Below the pieces are notes generated by a model. The model was not told the DNA's origin. It was given only the letters and a program-made list of their open reading frames with translations, and made no database searches. From assembly GCA_963815215.1 (NCBI GenBank), contig CAWFFU010000003.1, positions 1,147,767 through 1,211,766 of the forward strand: 64,000 nucleotides of DNA, in the 5' to 3' direction. The translations under genes and the position numbers were made by a program. The DNA is from an uncultured Trueperaceae bacterium. GTDB lineage: Bacteria > Deinococcota > Deinococci > Deinococcales > Trueperaceae. Positions 61,220-64,000 of this stretch are shown here, in pieces; within the stretch, counting starts at the first letter, position 1, and each line of letters starts with the position of its first letter.

Positions 61220-61270
61220 GATCCCCACACCCTAGGTGGATCAACCTCAAGGGCCGTGTCACATCCGTAT

Positions 61271-61360
61271 CCGCCGCCGAAAACGCATCGTTCTACCAGC
61301 GGTAGTGCCGCTTTGCTAATTCTTACGTTCTGGACGTGGGTTATGCGATGCTTCCTGCAC
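61271..61360 (+). repeat. ~90-bp dispersed direct repeat, copy R3
   Basis: GCCGAAAACGCATCGTTCTACCAGCGGTAGTGCC...CTAATTCTTACGT. Confidence 0.85.
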
Positions 61361-61400
61361 GGCAACGCTTGATCCCCCAAGGGTTGCAGACGGCAATGCC

Positions 61401-61436
61401 ATAACGTTCGACGTTATTAACGCGATGCGTTATCAT
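61401..61436 (+). promoter_or_regulatory. Tandem HigA-type operators overlapping the higBA -10
   Basis: ATAACGT-TCG-ACGTTAT (61401-61417), TAACGC-GAT-GCGTTA (61418-61432); TATCAT (61431-61436) 5 nt before the GTG. Confidence 0.8.
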
Positions 61437-61441
61437 CGGAC

Positions 61442-61723
61442 GTGATCAAGGGCTCCCGGGACGGCAACACCCAGCAAGTCTTCGAGCGGCGTCCCATCCG
61501 GCGCTGGCCGCAAGATCTGCAACGTCGCGCCCTCCGGAAACTCCTCATCCTCGACGCCGCCGAAACGCTCGCCGACCTCCGCGTTCCGCCCGGCAACCGA
61601 CTCGAGAAGCTCACCGGCGACAGGACCGGCGAACACGGCATCCGCATCAACGACCAGTGGCGTGTCTGCTTCCGGTGGAAGGGCGGCAACGCTCACGCCG
61701 TCGAGATCACCGACTACCACTAG
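61442..61723 (+). CDS. higB: HigB (RelE/ParE superfamily) toxin
   Basis: RKL..LDAA..L.DLRVPPGNRLEKL.GDR.G.H.IRINDQWRVCFRW...VEITDYH. Confidence 0.93.
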   Translation: MIKGSRDGNTQQVFERRPIRRWPQDLQRRALRKLLILDAAETLADLRVPPGNRLEKLTGDRTGEHGIRINDQWRVCFRWKGGNAHAVEITDYH

Positions 61724-61731
61724 GAGAAACC

Positions 61732-62037
61732 ATGAGTTCCGACGCAAGAACGAACGCACCCATCCACCCCGGCGAGATCCTCCTTGAGGAGTTCCTCGAG
61801 CCGATGCACGTCACGCAATACCGCCTGGCCAAGGACATCTCCGTGCCACCCCGGCGCATCAACGAGATCGTCCACGGCAAGCGGGCCATCACGGCCGACA
61901 CCGCCCTACGCCTAGCCCGCTACTTCGGCACCACCGAACGCTTCTGGCTCAACCTCCAGGCACGCTACGACCTCGAGATCGCCAAGGACCGGCTCGGAGA
62001 CAGACTCGAGCGAGAGGTCACCATCGCAGCGCGCTGA
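61732..62037 (+). CDS. higA: HigA antitoxin (XRE HTH)
   Basis: PIHPGEILLEEFL, RRINEIVHGKRAITADTALRLARYFGT..FWLNLQ. Confidence 0.95.
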   Translation: MSSDARTNAPIHPGEILLEEFLEPMHVTQYRLAKDISVPPRRINEIVHGKRAITADTALRLARYFGTTERFWLNLQARYDLEIAKDRLGDRLEREVTIAAR

Positions 62038-62089
62038 AGAACCTTCAACTAAGCGCCCCTGCGGACCACAGGCCCCCGGCACCCTAGAC

Positions 62090-62179
62090 CACCTGCCGAA
62101 GAATCATCGCCCTACCAGCGGTAGTGCCAATTGCCTAGTTTTTACGTGCAGCACAGCGTTATTGCGACCATTCTTTCGG
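62090..62179 (+). repeat. ~90-bp dispersed direct repeat, copy R4
   Basis: CACCTGCCGAAGAATCATCGCCCTACCAGCGGTAGTGCC...CTAGTTTTTACGT...TGCGACCATTCTTTCGG. Confidence 0.85.
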
Positions 62180-62540
62180 CTTTGGCATCGAACCGTCAAC
62201 TCCCAATGCAAACGCGCGAGCTCGCTCTTACGTGCGCCATCAACCGAACCACCACCCCACCGTCGCTCACGCAACGGCCGTTAACCCGTCGGCCGCCGAA
62301 CGAATGTGTCGCGGGTCCGAACCTCCTTGGCGGCCGAACGTTAGACTCGCGCCCTGAGCAGTCGAACCTGAACGGTACCGCCTGAACGGCCCTATCCGAG
62401 CGGCTCTACCTGCAAGGTCCTACACGTCGTGATCGCAGCCGTCTCGGGCAGGTACCGATGGGCAGCCTCTGGGGAAACGTCACAGAACCCTAGCGAGCGA
62501 GTCGATATCGAGCGGATGGCGCCACCTTCCGGAGGCAATC

Positions 62541-63860
62541 GTGAACCACCGTCGTCCCCTCATCGCCGCAGCGCTCACCCTGACCCTCCTCATCGCAGGC
62601 TGCAGCCAACAACCCACCCCGATACCGACCATCGCGTCGTTCTCATCGGGCGCAACGAACCTCAACACAACCGGTGCCTCCGTGACGCTCACCTGGAACG
62701 GCAACGCCGTCACCGACTACAGCCTCACCGTGAGCCCAGCCACCGGCGTGAAGGTCAACGGCACCGCCTACACGGGCGCCGTCGACCTCAAGACGGCCAC
62801 TACCGCAACCGTCACGCTGCCGAGCAACAGAACCAGTAGCACAAGCGCGGCCTACACCTTGACCCTGACGGCCACAGGCGGAACCGGCACCACCCCCACC
62901 ACCCAGACCACGAGCGTCACGGTGGCCCCCGGCGTCGTGGTGTACTCCGGCAGCAATTACGGCTTCAGCACCCCTGTCGCGGCGGTGGCGGACGCCAACG
63001 GCAACATCTGGATCACCAATTATACGGGGACCACTGTGACGGAGCTCCCAGCGGGCAAGTACACCAACCCCATCCAGTACTACGGTTTCCACACACCCAC
63101 CGGGGTAGCGGTGGACGCCAACGGCAACATCTGGATCACCAACCAAACCGGGGCCAGCGTGACGGAGCTCCCAGCAGGCAACTACCACAACGTCATCAAC
63201 TACTCCGGCAGCGGTTACGGCTTCCAGAACCCCTATGGGGTGGCGGTGGACGCCAACGGCAACATCTGGATCACCAACAAGGGCGGGGCCAGCGTGACGG
63301 AGCTCCCAGCAGGCAACTACCACAACCCCCACGTCTACTCAGGCGGAGGATACAGCTTCAGCTTTCCCGAGGGGGTGGCGGCGGACGCCAACGGCAACAT
63401 CTGGATCACCAACTTCAATGGGGGGAGCGTGACGGAACTTCCGGCAGGCAACTTCGCCAGCCCCCACGTCTACTCAGGCAGTAGCTACGGTTTCTACTAC
63501 CCCTCCGCAGTGGCGGCGGACGCCAACGGCAACATCTGGATCACTGATTACGGCGTGGCCGGCACCAACTATGGCGGAACCACCGTTACGGAGCTCCCAG
63601 CAGGCAACTACACGAACCCCCACATCTATACCGGCTTCAGCTCCCCCACGGCGGTGACGGCAGACGCCAACGGCAACATCTGGATTGCCAACGGCGGAGC
63701 GCCCAGCGTGACGGAGCTCCCAGCAGGCAACCCCACCAACCCCACCGCCTACGCCGGCAGCACCTACGGCTTCAACGGAGCCTATGGGGTGACGGTGGAC
63801 GCCAACGGCAACATCTGGATCACGGACAACGGCGGCGACAGCGTGACCGAGATCCGTTAA
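62541..63860 (+). CDS. Lipoprotein with Thr-rich Ig-like stalk and 7 NHL-like repeats (beta-propeller)
   Basis: GGAGG RBS, lipobox LIAGC, seven F..P.GVAVDANGNIWITN..G.SVTELPAGNY units. Confidence 0.88.
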   Translation: MNHRRPLIAAALTLTLLIAGCSQQPTPIPTIASFSSGATNLNTTGASVTLTWNGNAVTDYSLTVSPATGVKVNGTAYTGAVDLKTATTATVTLPSNRTSSTSAAYTLTLTATGGTGTTPTTQTTSVTVAPGVVVYSGSNYGFSTPVAAVADANGNIWITNYTGTTVTELPAGKYTNPIQYYGFHTPTGVAVDANGNIWITNQTGASVTELPAGNYHNVINYSGSGYGFQNPYGVAVDANGNIWITNKGGASVTELPAGNYHNPHVYSGGGYSFSFPEGVAADANGNIWITNFNGGSVTELPAGNFASPHVYSGSSYGFYYPSAVAADANGNIWITDYGVAGTNYGGTTVTELPAGNYTNPHIYTGFSSPTAVTADANGNIWIANGGAPSVTELPAGNPTNPTAYAGSTYGFNGAYGVTVDANGNIWITDNGGDSVTEIR

Positions 63861-63900
63861 CGGCCTAGCCAGCGACCGCCCCCCGCCCAAGTAGCCGGCG

Positions 63901-64000
63901 TGAGTTGACCCGTTTTGACGGACTGCACACCTGCGGCTAGTAGGCTGCGGGGGATGGAGTCTGTCATGGCTAGCAGATATTCGGAGGAGTTCAAGCGGGA
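63901..64000 (+). mobile_element. IS3-family element, left end and start of orfA (truncated by the window)
   Basis: Begins TGAGTTGACCCGTTTTGACGGAC (5'-TG end); GGAG RBS; ATG 63966 gives MASRYSEEFKR, typical of HTH_Tnp_1. Confidence 0.75.

Noticed and set aside
60793..61352. XerC/D dif (pdif) sites
   Set aside because: TACGT...TTATG in R3 is reminiscent, but the ATAA-N6-TTATG core is not conserved across copies, and all copies are in direct rather than alternating orientation.
60741..62179. CRISPR array or canonical integron attC array
   Set aside because: Units are 90 bp with 440-730 bp (and 8.5 kb) between them, and there are no cas genes. I found no paired RYYYAAC/GTTRRRY boxes and no integrase in the window.
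62961..63857. Diversity-generating retroelement target
   Set aside because: No reverse transcriptase or template repeat in the window, and adenine-rich AAC codons in the repeats are conserved rather than mutated.

Overview
High-GC bacterial chromosomal window with about 60 genes. Many genes are leaderless (-10 box 5-7 nt upstream of the start codon), which with the gene repertoire suggests Deinococcota, possibly Truepera-like (inference). From left to right: (1) a WYL regulator divergent from a DinB + AlkZ-like pair; (2) MarR with a heterodimeric ABC exporter; (3) a GlpA-like flavoprotein/oxidoreductase/DUF1667 triplet; (4) DegV, DUF5661 and betA; (5) a GntR-controlled sugar ABC operon with a split transketolase and an IolB-like isomerase but no kinase; (6) AraC and a NikMNQO-type ECF transporter; (7) a thiol/redox block bracketed by a shared 14-bp palindrome; (8) racemase, DUF378, S9 peptidase and AKR; (9) a decaying stretch with small membrane proteins, a lipid kinase, a broken hydrolase and ribB; (10) a complete D-apiose transketolase-type operon; (11) an arsR-arsP-trx-osmC-acr3-arsC operon; (12) SPW/TetR/patatin and a TauE-like gene; (13) VapBC, a GNAT remnant, HigBA, a 7-repeat NHL lipoprotein and the left end of an IS3 element. 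The main unexplained structure is a family of four co-oriented, gaplessly alignable ~90-bp repeats (52183, 60741, 61271, 62090) that separate accessory modules like cassettes. All calls come from motif recognition by eye; no database searches were run.
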